Origin: Elusimicrobia bacterium GWA2_62_23
GTDB taxonomy: Bacteria; Elusimicrobiota; Elusimicrobia; Elusimicrobiales; UBA9959
Assembly (NCBI GenBank): GCA_001799635.1
Contig: MGTV01000048.1
Location: forward strand, 16,760 to 80,759
Direction: 5' to 3'
Length of the DNA stretch: 64,000 nucleotides
Shown here in pieces: positions 45,542-54,756 of the stretch. The translations under genes and the position numbers were made by a program. The notes under the pieces were generated by a model. The model was not told the origin of the DNA. It did not search any database and saw nothing but the letters and a program-made list of their open reading frames with translations. Position 1 is the first letter of the stretch. Every line of letters starts with the position of its first letter.

Positions 45542-46531
45542 ATGGACTCGGAAATATCAAAACTGAACCACAAAATTCAGCAGGACGCCCTGTTCATCCA
45601 GGACCTGCGCAAGGAAATGGCCAAGGTGGTGGTAGGCCAGGAGGACCTCATCAACGGCCTGCTGGTCGGCCTCATCGCCAACGGCCACGTGCTGGTGGAA
45701 GGCGTCCCCGGCCTCGCCAAGACGCTGACCGTGAAAACGCTGGCCCAGGCCGTCTCCGCCTCCTTCCAGCGCATCCAGTTCACGCCGGACCTCCTGCCCG
45801 CCGACATCACCGGCACGCTGATCTACAATCCGAAGGAAAGCACATTCTCGGTGCGCAAGGGCCCCATCTTCTCCAACATCATCCTCGCCGACGAGATAAA
45901 CCGCGCCCCGGCCAAGGTGCAGAGCGCGCTGCTGGAAGGCATGCAGGAGCGCCAGGTCACCATCTCGGACTCCACCTTCAAACTGCCCGACCTCTTCATG
46001 GTGCTGGCCACCCAGAACCCCATAGAGCAGGAAGGCACCTACCCGCTGCCGGAAGCCCAGGTGGACCGCTTCATGCTGAAGATCAACATCACCTACCCCA
46101 GCAAGCAGGAAGAGGCGAAGGTGCTGGAGCTGATGGCGCGCCAGACGCTGCCGCAGGCCGGCAAGGCGGTCAGCGCCGAGCAGGTGCTCAAGGCCCGCCA
46201 GACCGCCGACCTCATCTACGTGGACGACAAGATCAAGAACTACGTGCTCGACCTGGTGATAGCCACCCGCGAGCCGGAGAAGCACGGCCTCGAGAAGATA
46301 AAGCCGTGGATCAACTACGGCGCCAGCCCGCGCGCCACCATCTTCATGATCCAGGCCGCCAAGGCCTACGCCTTCATCAACGGCCGCGGCTACGTGACCC
46401 CCGAGGACATCAAGGCCGTAGGCATGGACGTGATGCGCCACCGCGTACTGCTCACCTACGAGGCGGAGGCCGAGAACATAGGCTCCGAGGACATCCTCAA
46501 GAGCATCTTCGAGGCGGTGGAAGTCCCGTAA
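45542..46531 (+). CDS. moxR: MoxR-family AAA+ ATPase
   Basis: EGVPGLAKT, RIQFTPDLLP, ADEINRAPAKVQSALLE, ATQNPIEQEGTYPLPEAQVDRF, GASPRA. Confidence 0.95.
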   Translation: MDSEISKLNHKIQQDALFIQDLRKEMAKVVVGQEDLINGLLVGLIANGHVLVEGVPGLAKTLTVKTLAQAVSASFQRIQFTPDLLPADITGTLIYNPKESTFSVRKGPIFSNIILADEINRAPAKVQSALLEGMQERQVTISDSTFKLPDLFMVLATQNPIEQEGTYPLPEAQVDRFMLKINITYPSKQEEAKVLELMARQTLPQAGKAVSAEQVLKARQTADLIYVDDKIKNYVLDLVIATREPEKHGLEKIKPWINYGASPRATIFMIQAAKAYAFINGRGYVTPEDIKAVGMDVMRHRVLLTYEAEAENIGSEDILKSIFEAVEVP

Positions 46532-46551
46532 GCCCGCCAAGGCCCGCTCCC

Positions 46552-47439
46552 ATGAACACGGCAGAGATATTAAAAAAGGTCCGGCAGATCGAGATCACCA
46601 CCGGCCGCCTGGTCAGCGAAACTTTCGCCGGCCAGTACCAGAGCGTGTTCAAGGGCCGCGGCATCGAGTTCTCCGAGGTGCGGGAATACGTGCCCGGCGA
46701 CGACGTGCGCTCCATAGACTGGAACGTGACCGCCCGGGCCAACAAGCCCTTCATCAAGCAGTACATAGAGGAGCGCGAACTGACGCTCATGATCCTCTGC
46801 GACGTGTCGGCCTCGCAGAGCTTCGGCTCCTCCGGCAAACCCAAGAGCGAGGCAGCCGCGGAGCTGGCGGCCATGTTCGCTTTCTCGGCGCTCAAGAATT
46901 CCGACAAGAGCGGCCTGCTGCTCTTCTCCGACAAGCCTGAACTCTACATCCCGCCGCGCAAGGGCCGCAACCACAGCCTGCGCATCATCCGCGAACTGCT
47001 GGCTTACCAGCCGCAGAGCCGCGGCACCGACGTGGCCATGGCCCTGCGCATGGCCAACCGCGTGATGAAGCGCCGCGGCATCGTCATCCTGATCTCCGAT
47101 TTCAACGCCCCCGATTTCTCCCGCGAGGCCCGCCTTACCGCCCGCCGCCACGACCTGATCCCGGTGGTCATCACCGACCGGTTCGAAAAGGAACTGCCGG
47201 CGGCCGACGCGCTGCTGGTCTCCGAGCCGCTGGAAGGGGGGGCGCCTTTCACCGCGGACCTGGCCAGCCCGCTCTTCAGGGCCGAATATGCCGCCGCGGC
47301 CGCCGCCAGGCGCCGGGGCATGGAGGACCTGCTGCGCTCGGCGGGCTCCGACTGGATAGACATCGATCCCGCCCTGCCGGTGCACGGCCCGGTGGTGAAA
47401 TTTTTCCGCCAGCGGAGGAAGACCTTCCGTCTGTTATGA
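46552..47439 (+). CDS. DUF58 family protein
   Basis: ATG 46552; FKGRGIEFSEVREYVPGDDVRSIDWNVTAR, EEREL, DVSAS. Confidence 0.93.
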   Translation: MNTAEILKKVRQIEITTGRLVSETFAGQYQSVFKGRGIEFSEVREYVPGDDVRSIDWNVTARANKPFIKQYIEERELTLMILCDVSASQSFGSSGKPKSEAAAELAAMFAFSALKNSDKSGLLLFSDKPELYIPPRKGRNHSLRIIRELLAYQPQSRGTDVAMALRMANRVMKRRGIVILISDFNAPDFSREARLTARRHDLIPVVITDRFEKELPAADALLVSEPLEGGAPFTADLASPLFRAEYAAAAAARRRGMEDLLRSAGSDWIDIDPALPVHGPVVKFFRQRRKTFRLL

Positions 47440-48380
47440 GCAACTACCGGCTCCTGCTGCCCGCCCTGCTGCTGCTCGCGCCCGCCCTCTGCGGGGCGCA
47501 GGAGACGGTCGCCTTCAAGCTTACCCCGCCGGCCGGCAAGGTGCGCCTGGCGGAGGTGTTCCGCCTGAAGGTGGAGGCCTCCTATCCGGGAAAATATTCA
47601 CTCGAGCTAGACACCGCCTCCTTCGACGGCGCGGACTTCGGCCTGCTGGAAGCGGCGCCGTCGAAGCCGGCAGAGGCGGGAGGGCTGAAGAAGCAGACCT
47701 TCGACCTCAGGGTACAGGCCTTCACCATCGGCGTCAGCACCTTCCCGGAGCTGGCCTGGCGCCTTAACGCCGCGGGCGCCGCGCCCGCCGCCGCCAGGAG
47801 CCCGTCGTTCCTGCTGGAGATAACCCCCGCTTTCGAGAACGCGCCCGACGGCATCCGCGACATCTACCCGCCTTTCCGCTACCTGCCCTGGCCCTGGATC
47901 CTGGCCGGGCTGCTGGCGGCCGCCGCGGCCCTGGCCGCCTGGCGCGGCCGCCGGGCCTCCGGTGCCGCCCTCTGGGCGGTGTGGAGCGATCCCCGCCCGC
48001 CCTACCGCCGGGCGCTGGACCGCCTCGCCGGGGTGCGCCGCTCGCCGCTGCCGGCGGCGGGGCGGATAAAGGAATATTACGTGGGCCTCACCTCGGTGCT
48101 GCGCTTCTACCTGGCCGAACAGTTCTCCATCAGCGCCGAACTCATGACCTCCGCGGACCTGGCCCGCGAGCTGAAGCGCACCGGGGCGGACCTCAAGACC
48201 ACGCTCAGGACCCGCGAATTCCTGCAGAAGGCCGACCTGGCCAAGTTCGCCAAACACAAGCCCGAGAACCCCGACGCCGACGCGGCGGCGCTGGAAGGCA
48301 TCCTGGCCGATTTCAACGCGATAGCCGAAACTTCGGCGGCGTCCGCGCGGCCGCCCGCGGCGGGGGGCAAGCCCGCATGA
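47436..48380 (+). CDS. Bat-operon accessory membrane protein (exported beta domain, TM, helical domain)
   Basis: Signal peptide, IRDIYPP before the TM, YY..LT.VLRFYL...A.LMTS, ADLAKFAK; position between DUF58 and batA. Confidence 0.75.
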   Translation: MSNYRLLLPALLLLAPALCGAQETVAFKLTPPAGKVRLAEVFRLKVEASYPGKYSLELDTASFDGADFGLLEAAPSKPAEAGGLKKQTFDLRVQAFTIGVSTFPELAWRLNAAGAAPAAARSPSFLLEITPAFENAPDGIRDIYPPFRYLPWPWILAGLLAAAAALAAWRGRRASGAALWAVWSDPRPPYRRALDRLAGVRRSPLPAAGRIKEYYVGLTSVLRFYLAEQFSISAELMTSADLARELKRTGADLKTTLRTREFLQKADLAKFAKHKPENPDADAAALEGILADFNAIAETSAASARPPAAGGKPA

Positions 48381-49366
48381 CCGACTTCAAGCACCCGGAG
48401 CTGCTGCTCCTGCTGCTGCCCCTGATAGGCCTGCTGGCGGGGCTGGCCAGCATCCAGCGCGGCCGGCGCTTCAGCGCCGCGCCCGTGCCTTCGCAGTTCC
48501 CCGCCAGGGAAACCCTGCGGTCCCGCCTTTTCCGCCACGTGCCCTTCTGGACCCGGGCGGCCGCCCTGCTGCTCCTCGCGCTCGCGCTGGCCCGCCCGCA
48601 GAAGGCCGCCAAGGGCGAGGTGCCGCCCGCCGAAGGCATAGACATCATGCTGACGCTGGACACCTCCTACAGCATGGCCGCCGAGGATTTCGCCCCGTTC
48701 AACCGCCTGGAGGCCGCCAAGACGGCGGCGTCCAATTTCGTCAAGAAGCGCCAGAACGACCGCATCGGCGTGACGGTCTTCGGCGGCAACGCCTTGCTGA
48801 GCTGCCCGCTCACCCTCGATTACCAGTCCGTCCTCGAACTGCTGGACGCGGCCTACCTCAACATGACGCGCGCCGACGGCACCGCCGTAGGCGACGCTAT
48901 AATAACCGCCGTGAACCACCTCAAGGACAGCAAGGCCAAGAGCAAGGTGATAGTGCTGCTCACCGACGGCCGCTCCAACGTGGGCCTGGTGACGGACCTG
49001 CCGCTGGCCGCGCGCACGGCCGCCGCCCACGACATAAAGATCTACACCATAGGCACGGCGGGCAAGGGCCCGGCCCGCATCAGCACCGGCAACCCCATGC
49101 AGCCGGTGGTGACCATAGACGAGGACCTGGACGAGCCCACCCTGCGCGAGATCGCCGGCCTGACCGGGGGGGAGTTCTACCGCGCCAAGAATTACGCGGA
49201 GCTGGAAAAGATCTACTCGCGCATAGACTCGCTGGAAAAGACCAAGTTCGACGTGAAGACCTATACCAGCTACACCGACCTCTACCTCTGGTTCCTGGCC
49301 CCCGCCCTCGCCCTGCTGGCCCTGCTCTACGTGCTGGAACGTACTTATTTCAGGACGGTGCCCTAG
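48377..49366 (+). CDS. batA: BatA-like VWA-domain protein
   Basis: ATG 48377; F.HP N-terminus, ALARPQ, MIDAS DTSYSM, GTAVGDA, LLTDG. Confidence 0.88.
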   Translation: MTDFKHPELLLLLLPLIGLLAGLASIQRGRRFSAAPVPSQFPARETLRSRLFRHVPFWTRAAALLLLALALARPQKAAKGEVPPAEGIDIMLTLDTSYSMAAEDFAPFNRLEAAKTAASNFVKKRQNDRIGVTVFGGNALLSCPLTLDYQSVLELLDAAYLNMTRADGTAVGDAIITAVNHLKDSKAKSKVIVLLTDGRSNVGLVTDLPLAARTAAAHDIKIYTIGTAGKGPARISTGNPMQPVVTIDEDLDEPTLREIAGLTGGEFYRAKNYAELEKIYSRIDSLEKTKFDVKTYTSYTDLYLWFLAPALALLALLYVLERTYFRTVP

Positions 49367-49367
49367 C

Positions 49368-51086
49368 ATGGAACTTTTCAGGCATCCTTCCATACTGGGC
49401 TGGGGCGCCGCGGCGCTGGCCGCCCTGCTGTATTTCCGCTACCGGGCCGGACTGCGCCGCCTGGAGACCGCCCGGCGGCTGCTGGGCCCCTCCTACGAAC
49501 TTTTCGCCGCGGGGCCCGGGGCCGCCCGGCGGCGCCTGCGGGGCCTTCTCTATATGTGCGCGCTGGGCCTGCTGGTCCTGGCGGCGGCCGGCCCCCAGTG
49601 GGGGGTGGAACTGACGCCGGTGACGGACCTGAAGGGCAACATCGTGATAGCCGTGGACACTTCGCTGTCCATGGCCGCGCGGGACATGAAGCCCAGCCGC
49701 CTGGAGAACGCCCGCCTGCTGCTGGGCGCCATAGCCGAGAATTTCGCCGACTACCGCATAGGCGTGGTGGCCTTTGCCGGCGAGGCCTACGTGCAGTGCC
49801 CGCTCACCACCGACCAGGAGGCGGTCTCCTACTTCGCCTCGGCGCTGACGCCCGGCATGCTGCCGGTCCAGGGCACCGATTTTTCCTCCGCCATCGAGAC
49901 CACACTGGCCATGCTGTCGCGCTACGGCGGCCAGAAGGTGATGGTGCTCATCACCGACGGCGAGGACCACTCCACGGTGCTGGACACGGCCCTCAAGGCG
50001 GCCGAGGAGCAGAACCTCAAGATCTTCACCATCGGCATCGGCACGCCCGACGGCGAACTGATACCGATCACGGACTCGGCCGGCAACCTCATGGAGCACA
50101 AGAAGGATAACGCCGGCAAGACGGTGGTCACCCGCCTGGGAGAGGCGGAACTCATGAAGATAGCCGGCCGCACCGGGGCCGCCTACCTGCGCTATTCCGG
50201 CCCGGACTCGGCCGCCGCCGACGTGCGCCGGGCCGTGGGCGCGCTGGACCTGGAAAGGTCCAAAGGCAAGGGGCGCGGCCACTTCAAGAACCGCTACCAG
50301 TGGCCGCTGGCTGCCGCGCTGTTGCTGCTTTTGATAGAATTACTCGTGATGGAGAAGGGCTTCAGGCTGGAATCCCGCTGGTTCAGGCGGCCCCCGGCCG
50401 CCGCGGCGCTGCTGCTCTGCCTGGCGGGCGCGGCGAACGCCGGACCCGCGGCGCTGGCCAGGAAGGGCAATTCCGCCTACGACGAGAAGGACTGGGCCAA
50501 GGCTTTCGAGTACTACTCCCGGGCCCAGGAGCGGGACCCCGCGGACAAGCGCCTGCAGTTCAACTCCGGGGACGCCTTCTACCGCATGGAAGAATACGCC
50601 AAGGCGCGCGAGTTCTACGAGCAGGCCGCGGCGGACCCCAAGCTGGCCGCGCGGGCCAGCTACAACCGGGGCAACGCCCTGTTCAAGGCCGGCGACCTGC
50701 AGGGAGCCATAACCTCGTACAAGGCCGCGCTGCGGCTGGACCCCGGCGACGAGAACGCCCTCTTCAACCTGCAGAAGGCCCTGGAGCAGAAAAAGAAGAA
50801 TTCCTGCAACGACCCGAAGGAAGACAAGAAGGACAAGGACAAGAAAGAGCAGGAGAAGAAAGACCAGCAGAAAAAGGACCAGGATAAAAAGGACCAGAAG
50901 CAGAAAGAAGAAGAGAAGAAAAGCGAGCAGGAAAAGAAAAAGGCCGAGGCCAGGGAAAAGGCCCGGCAGATACTTGAAATGATGAAGGAAAAAGAAAAAG
51001 CGGCCGCCAGGGAACAGAACCCGGCGCAGCAGGCGCTGCGGCAGGCGGGCAAGCCCCCGCCGCGGCCCCGGATGGAGGACTGGTGA
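49368..51086 (+). CDS. BatB-like VWA domain fused to BatC-like TPR/charged domain
   Basis: DTSLSM, QCPLTTD, LITDGED; then TPRs (YNRGNALFK), a KDQ-rich tract and terminal EDW. Confidence 0.85.
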   Translation: MELFRHPSILGWGAAALAALLYFRYRAGLRRLETARRLLGPSYELFAAGPGAARRRLRGLLYMCALGLLVLAAAGPQWGVELTPVTDLKGNIVIAVDTSLSMAARDMKPSRLENARLLLGAIAENFADYRIGVVAFAGEAYVQCPLTTDQEAVSYFASALTPGMLPVQGTDFSSAIETTLAMLSRYGGQKVMVLITDGEDHSTVLDTALKAAEEQNLKIFTIGIGTPDGELIPITDSAGNLMEHKKDNAGKTVVTRLGEAELMKIAGRTGAAYLRYSGPDSAAADVRRAVGALDLERSKGKGRGHFKNRYQWPLAAALLLLLIELLVMEKGFRLESRWFRRPPAAAALLLCLAGAANAGPAALARKGNSAYDEKDWAKAFEYYSRAQERDPADKRLQFNSGDAFYRMEEYAKAREFYEQAAADPKLAARASYNRGNALFKAGDLQGAITSYKAALRLDPGDENALFNLQKALEQKKKNSCNDPKEDKKDKDKKEQEKKDQQKKDQDKKDQKQKEEEKKSEQEKKKAEAREKARQILEMMKEKEKAAAREQNPAQQALRQAGKPPPRPRMEDW

Positions 51087-52924
51087 AAAAGTTCCTCCCG
51101 CTGCTGCTCGCCCTCCTGCTCGGCCCCGCCGCCGCGGCGCGGGCGAACTTGTCCGTCACCGCCGAGACCGACCGGGACACCGTCTCCATCGACGGAAACC
51201 TCTACCTGACCGTGACCGTTTCCGGGGATTCCCACAGCGTGCCGGAGCCCAAGCTCCCCAACATGCAGAATTTCAACGTCTACGATTCCGGCCGCAGCCA
51301 GAGCATTTCCATCATCAACGGCCGCATCACCACCTCCGTCTCCTTCACCTACATCCTGAGCCCGAGGTTCCTGGGAGTGCAGCGCATACCCGCCATCACG
51401 GTCTTTAACGGCAAGGAAAAGGCCGTGGCCCCGGAGATCCAGATCAACGTGACCAAGGCCCAGCAGGCCCAGGCCGCGCCGGCCCAGCCCGCGGCCCGCC
51501 GCCAGACCCGGCAGCCAGCCGCCAGGCAGGCGGCCCAGGGCGGCGCGGAGCCGATCTTCCTGAAGGCGGAACCGGACCGCCGCTCCGCCTACCCCGGGGA
51601 ACAGATAAACCTCAGCATCAAGTTCTACACCTCCGTGCCGCTCAGTTCCAACCCGCAGTACGTGCCGCCCTCGTTCAAGAACCTGATCGCCGAGGACCTG
51701 CCGCCGGTGCGCAACGGCGAGACCGAGCTGAACGGCGTGCGCTACGCCTTCAGCGAGATCAAGACGGCCCTCTTCGCCCTGAATTCCGGCCCCGCCGAGA
51801 TCAGGCCGCTCACGGTGATAGCCCAGGTGCCCTCCCAGTCGCAGGTGGACCCTTTCGACCCCAACTTCTTCCAGAACCTCATGGCCATGAGCGGCGCGCA
51901 GGGCACCAGCCGCGAGTTCAACACCGAGGCCATCAAGCTCGACATCAAGCCGCTGCCCGCCGGCGCCCCGGCGGACTTCAACGGCGCCGTGGGCGCCTAT
52001 ACAGTGAGCGCCTCCGCCGACCGCGCCGAGGCCAAGACCGGGGAAGCGGTCAATTTCTCCGTGACCATAACCGGCAACGGCAACCTGAAAGCCGTCACCG
52101 CGCCCAAACTGCCGGAACTCGCCGATTTCAAGGTCTTCGACACCATGAGCTCCCTCGACGTGCGTAAGGAGGGGGACGTGATCAGCGGCAAGAAGACCTT
52201 TACCTACATCCTGGTGCCGCGCACCGAAGGCCGCCGCACCGTGCCGCCGGTAAAGTTCGCTTTCTTCGACCCCAAGGCCGGGGCCTACCGCGAGGTCCGC
52301 ACCGAACCGGTGACCCTCCTGGTGGAAAAAGGCGCCGAAGGCGGCAAGAGCGTTTATTTCAACCCCGCCGCCGCGCCCGGGCCGGTCACGCCCTCCGGCT
52401 CCGACATCCGCTACGTGAAGGACCTGGCCTCGGCCCCGGCGCTGCCGCGCTTCGCCGAGGGGATCAACGCCCTGCCGGCGCCGCTGCACCTGCTGCCCGC
52501 CGGGCTGCTGCTGCTGGCTTTCTGGCTGGCCCGGCTCAACCGCTTCCGTTCGGCCAACCCGCTGCTCTTCCGCTTTCGCCGGGCCCGCGGCGAGGCGGAC
52601 CGCGACATCGACGAGGCCGAGGCCCTGATCAAGGCCGGCAAGACCAACGAGGCGGTCTCCGTGCTCTACGACTCCTTCATGGACTACCTCTCCGACAAAT
52701 GCGGCCGGAAAGTTTCCGCCCTTACCATGAAGAAGGCCACCGACCTGATAAAGCAGCGTTTCCCCGCGGCGGCCGACCGCTCCCTGGAAGAGATCCGCGA
52801 GCTCTGGGGCGCCCTGGAACTCCGCCATTTCTCGCCGGAAACGGCGGCGGCGGAGGGGGCTTCCGACCTGGCCAAGAAGTACGCCCTGCTGCTGGAACTC
52901 CTGGAAAAGGAGCTGCGCGCATGA
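51083..52924 (+). CDS. batD: BatD family protein
   Basis: GTG start overlapping the upstream stop; SQSISIING, PLPA..PADFNGAVG, ITGNGNL, FFDP..G.Y. Confidence 0.88.
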   Translation: MKKFLPLLLALLLGPAAAARANLSVTAETDRDTVSIDGNLYLTVTVSGDSHSVPEPKLPNMQNFNVYDSGRSQSISIINGRITTSVSFTYILSPRFLGVQRIPAITVFNGKEKAVAPEIQINVTKAQQAQAAPAQPAARRQTRQPAARQAAQGGAEPIFLKAEPDRRSAYPGEQINLSIKFYTSVPLSSNPQYVPPSFKNLIAEDLPPVRNGETELNGVRYAFSEIKTALFALNSGPAEIRPLTVIAQVPSQSQVDPFDPNFFQNLMAMSGAQGTSREFNTEAIKLDIKPLPAGAPADFNGAVGAYTVSASADRAEAKTGEAVNFSVTITGNGNLKAVTAPKLPELADFKVFDTMSSLDVRKEGDVISGKKTFTYILVPRTEGRRTVPPVKFAFFDPKAGAYREVRTEPVTLLVEKGAEGGKSVYFNPAAAPGPVTPSGSDIRYVKDLASAPALPRFAEGINALPAPLHLLPAGLLLLAFWLARLNRFRSANPLLFRFRRARGEADRDIDEAEALIKAGKTNEAVSVLYDSFMDYLSDKCGRKVSALTMKKATDLIKQRFPAAADRSLEEIRELWGALELRHFSPETAAAEGASDLAKKYALLLELLEKELRA

Positions 52925-53691
52925 AACTGCTCGCCCTGTTCTTCCTTCTGCTCCAGGCCGCGCCCGCCGCGGCCTACGACCGCAGCGAACTCGCGGAGTT
53001 CAACGACCTGTACAAGACCGGCCGCTATGAGGAGGCCCTGGAAGGCTACCGTTCGGTGCTCGCCGGCGACCCGGCCAACCCCTCCGCCTGGTACAACGCC
53101 GGCAACGCCCTCTTCCGCCTCAACCGCCCCGGCCCGGCGGTGCTGAACTATTCCCGCGCCTTCATCCTGGACCCGCGCTCGCCGGACATCCGGGCCAACC
53201 TGGACTACGCCCTGAAGCAGACCGGCCAGCAGCTGGTGCCGGAAACCGTGCCGGCCGCGCTCCACTACGTTTACTACATGCTGTCGGACGGGGAACTTAA
53301 AGCCGCGGCGCTCATCTGCTTCTGGCTGGCCTGCCTGGCCGGCGCGGCGGGCTTCCTGCTGGACGGCAGCGCCCCCGGCCGGGCGGCCGGCAGGGCCGCG
53401 GCCGTCAGCGCCGTAATGACGCTCCTGGCGCTGGCCTGGCTGGGGGGGCGCGTGACCACGTCGCCCTTCTCGGAGGGCGGCGTGGTGGTGAAGCAGGGAG
53501 GGGCGCGCATGCTCAGCGGCCCCGGTGAGAACTTCAAGACCTACGCTTCGGCGCCGGAAGGCCGGCTGGTGCGCATCCTGGACGCCGGCGACGACGCGTA
53601 TTATGAGATCGGGCTGCAGAAGGAAGGAATAAAGGGCTGGGCCCTCAAGTCGGAGATAGAACTGCTGACCCCAAAAAGGACTTCGAAATGA
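52921..53691 (+). CDS. BatE-like TPR + SH3-type protein
   Basis: ATG 52921; WYNAGNALFR...P.SPDIRANL, two TM segments, SGPG...EG...GW. Confidence 0.8.
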   Translation: MKLLALFFLLLQAAPAAAYDRSELAEFNDLYKTGRYEEALEGYRSVLAGDPANPSAWYNAGNALFRLNRPGPAVLNYSRAFILDPRSPDIRANLDYALKQTGQQLVPETVPAALHYVYYMLSDGELKAAALICFWLACLAGAAGFLLDGSAPGRAAGRAAAVSAVMTLLALAWLGGRVTTSPFSEGGVVVKQGGARMLSGPGENFKTYASAPEGRLVRILDAGDDAYYEIGLQKEGIKGWALKSEIELLTPKRTSK

Positions 53692-54137
53692 AAATAGCCA
53701 TAGCTAGCGACCACGCCGGGTATCCCCTGAAAGCCGCCCTGCTCCCCTACCTGAAAAAACTGGGCCATGAGGCCCTGGACCTGGGCACCGATTCGCCCGA
53801 CAAGTCCGTGGATTACCCGGACTTCGCCGCCGCCGCCGGGCGCGCGGTGGTTTCCGGCCGCGCCGAACGGGGCATAGTGGTATGCGGCTCCGGCGTAGGC
53901 GCCTGCGTGGCCGCCAACAAACTCAAGGGCGTACGGGCCGGCCTCTGCCACGACACCTACTCCGCCCACCAGGGCGTGGAGCACGACGACATCAACGTGC
54001 TCTGCCTGGGCGCCCGCATAATAGGGGAAGCCCTCGCCTTCGAAATAGCGGCGGCCTTCGTCAACGCCCGCTTCTCCAAAGAAGAACGCCACGCCCGCCG
54101 CCTGAAGAAAGTGACCGACCTGGAACAGGGCGCCTGA
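53688..54137 (+). CDS. rpiB: Ribose-5-phosphate isomerase B
   Basis: ASDHAG, VDYPD, CGSGVG, ANKLKGVRA, NVLCLGAR, RHARR. Confidence 0.96.
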   Translation: MKIAIASDHAGYPLKAALLPYLKKLGHEALDLGTDSPDKSVDYPDFAAAAGRAVVSGRAERGIVVCGSGVGACVAANKLKGVRAGLCHDTYSAHQGVEHDDINVLCLGARIIGEALAFEIAAAFVNARFSKEERHARRLKKVTDLEQGA

Positions 54138-54183
54138 TCCGCCCGCCAAACCCGCAAAGAACCGCGGCTGCGACGCACCGGCT

Positions 54184-54251
54184 TAATGATACTTTTGAGG
54201 TATCATTACGTCGGGAAAGCCCTTGACCAGCGGGGAGAAAAGAGGTATCCT
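54184..54251 (+). promoter_or_regulatory. Palindromic operator plus sigma70-type promoter
   Basis: TAATGATAC-7 nt-GTATCATTA (54184-54208); TTGACC-17 nt-TATCCT (54223-54251). Confidence 0.6.
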
Positions 54252-54333
54252 TATCCCTGAGGGGAAACATCACACTATTCATCAGCGCAGCCCTACCTTA
54301 AAGACGTTCCGGGAAAGTACGGAGGAAAGCGAA

Positions 54334-54660
54334 ATGCTTAAATTAGCCGTGAAAAAGAACACTAACAAAACCGCCAAGACCCAGCTCACCAACACCGAGG
54401 AGTACGTGGTGGTGGACTACCCGAAGAACCTGGAGACCATCACCTCCCGGCATTATTCGGTCCGCATAGGCTCCAGCGACTGCACCGGCGTGGACATTTC
54501 CGTCAACGACCAGCCCTGGCAGCCCTGCCGCTACGCCGTCGGCTACTGGTGGTTCGACTGGAACAACTTCCAGCCCGGCACCCACCAGCTGGTGGCCCGC
54601 ATGCACAAGCGCAACGGGGAGTACCTGATCTCCAAGCGCCGCCGCTGCAAAGTCGTCTAA
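54334..54660 (+). CDS. Small Ig-like-fold hypothetical protein
   Basis: ATG 54334 with GGAGG RBS; VDYP...VDISVNDQPW...WWFDW....GTHQLVAR; no signal peptide. Confidence 0.75.
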   Translation: MLKLAVKKNTNKTAKTQLTNTEEYVVVDYPKNLETITSRHYSVRIGSSDCTGVDISVNDQPWQPCRYAVGYWWFDWNNFQPGTHQLVARMHKRNGEYLISKRRRCKVV

Positions 54661-54756
54661 AAAGCAGAGCAGTAGAGGAACAGCCGTCTTTCCGTGGAGC
54701 CCCCGGGCCCCGTAAAGGCGGCTGCGCCTTTATAGGGCTTTTTGTACAATAGAGTC

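Noticed and set aside
50800-51000. Purine-rich AAG/GAC/CAG tract as a DNA repeat
   Set aside because: It is the coding K/D/Q/E low-complexity linker typical of BatC-like proteins.
54258-54333. Riboswitch in the leader of the small Ig-like gene
   Set aside because: The predicted leader is only about 75 nt, with no recognisable aptamer consensus or terminator.
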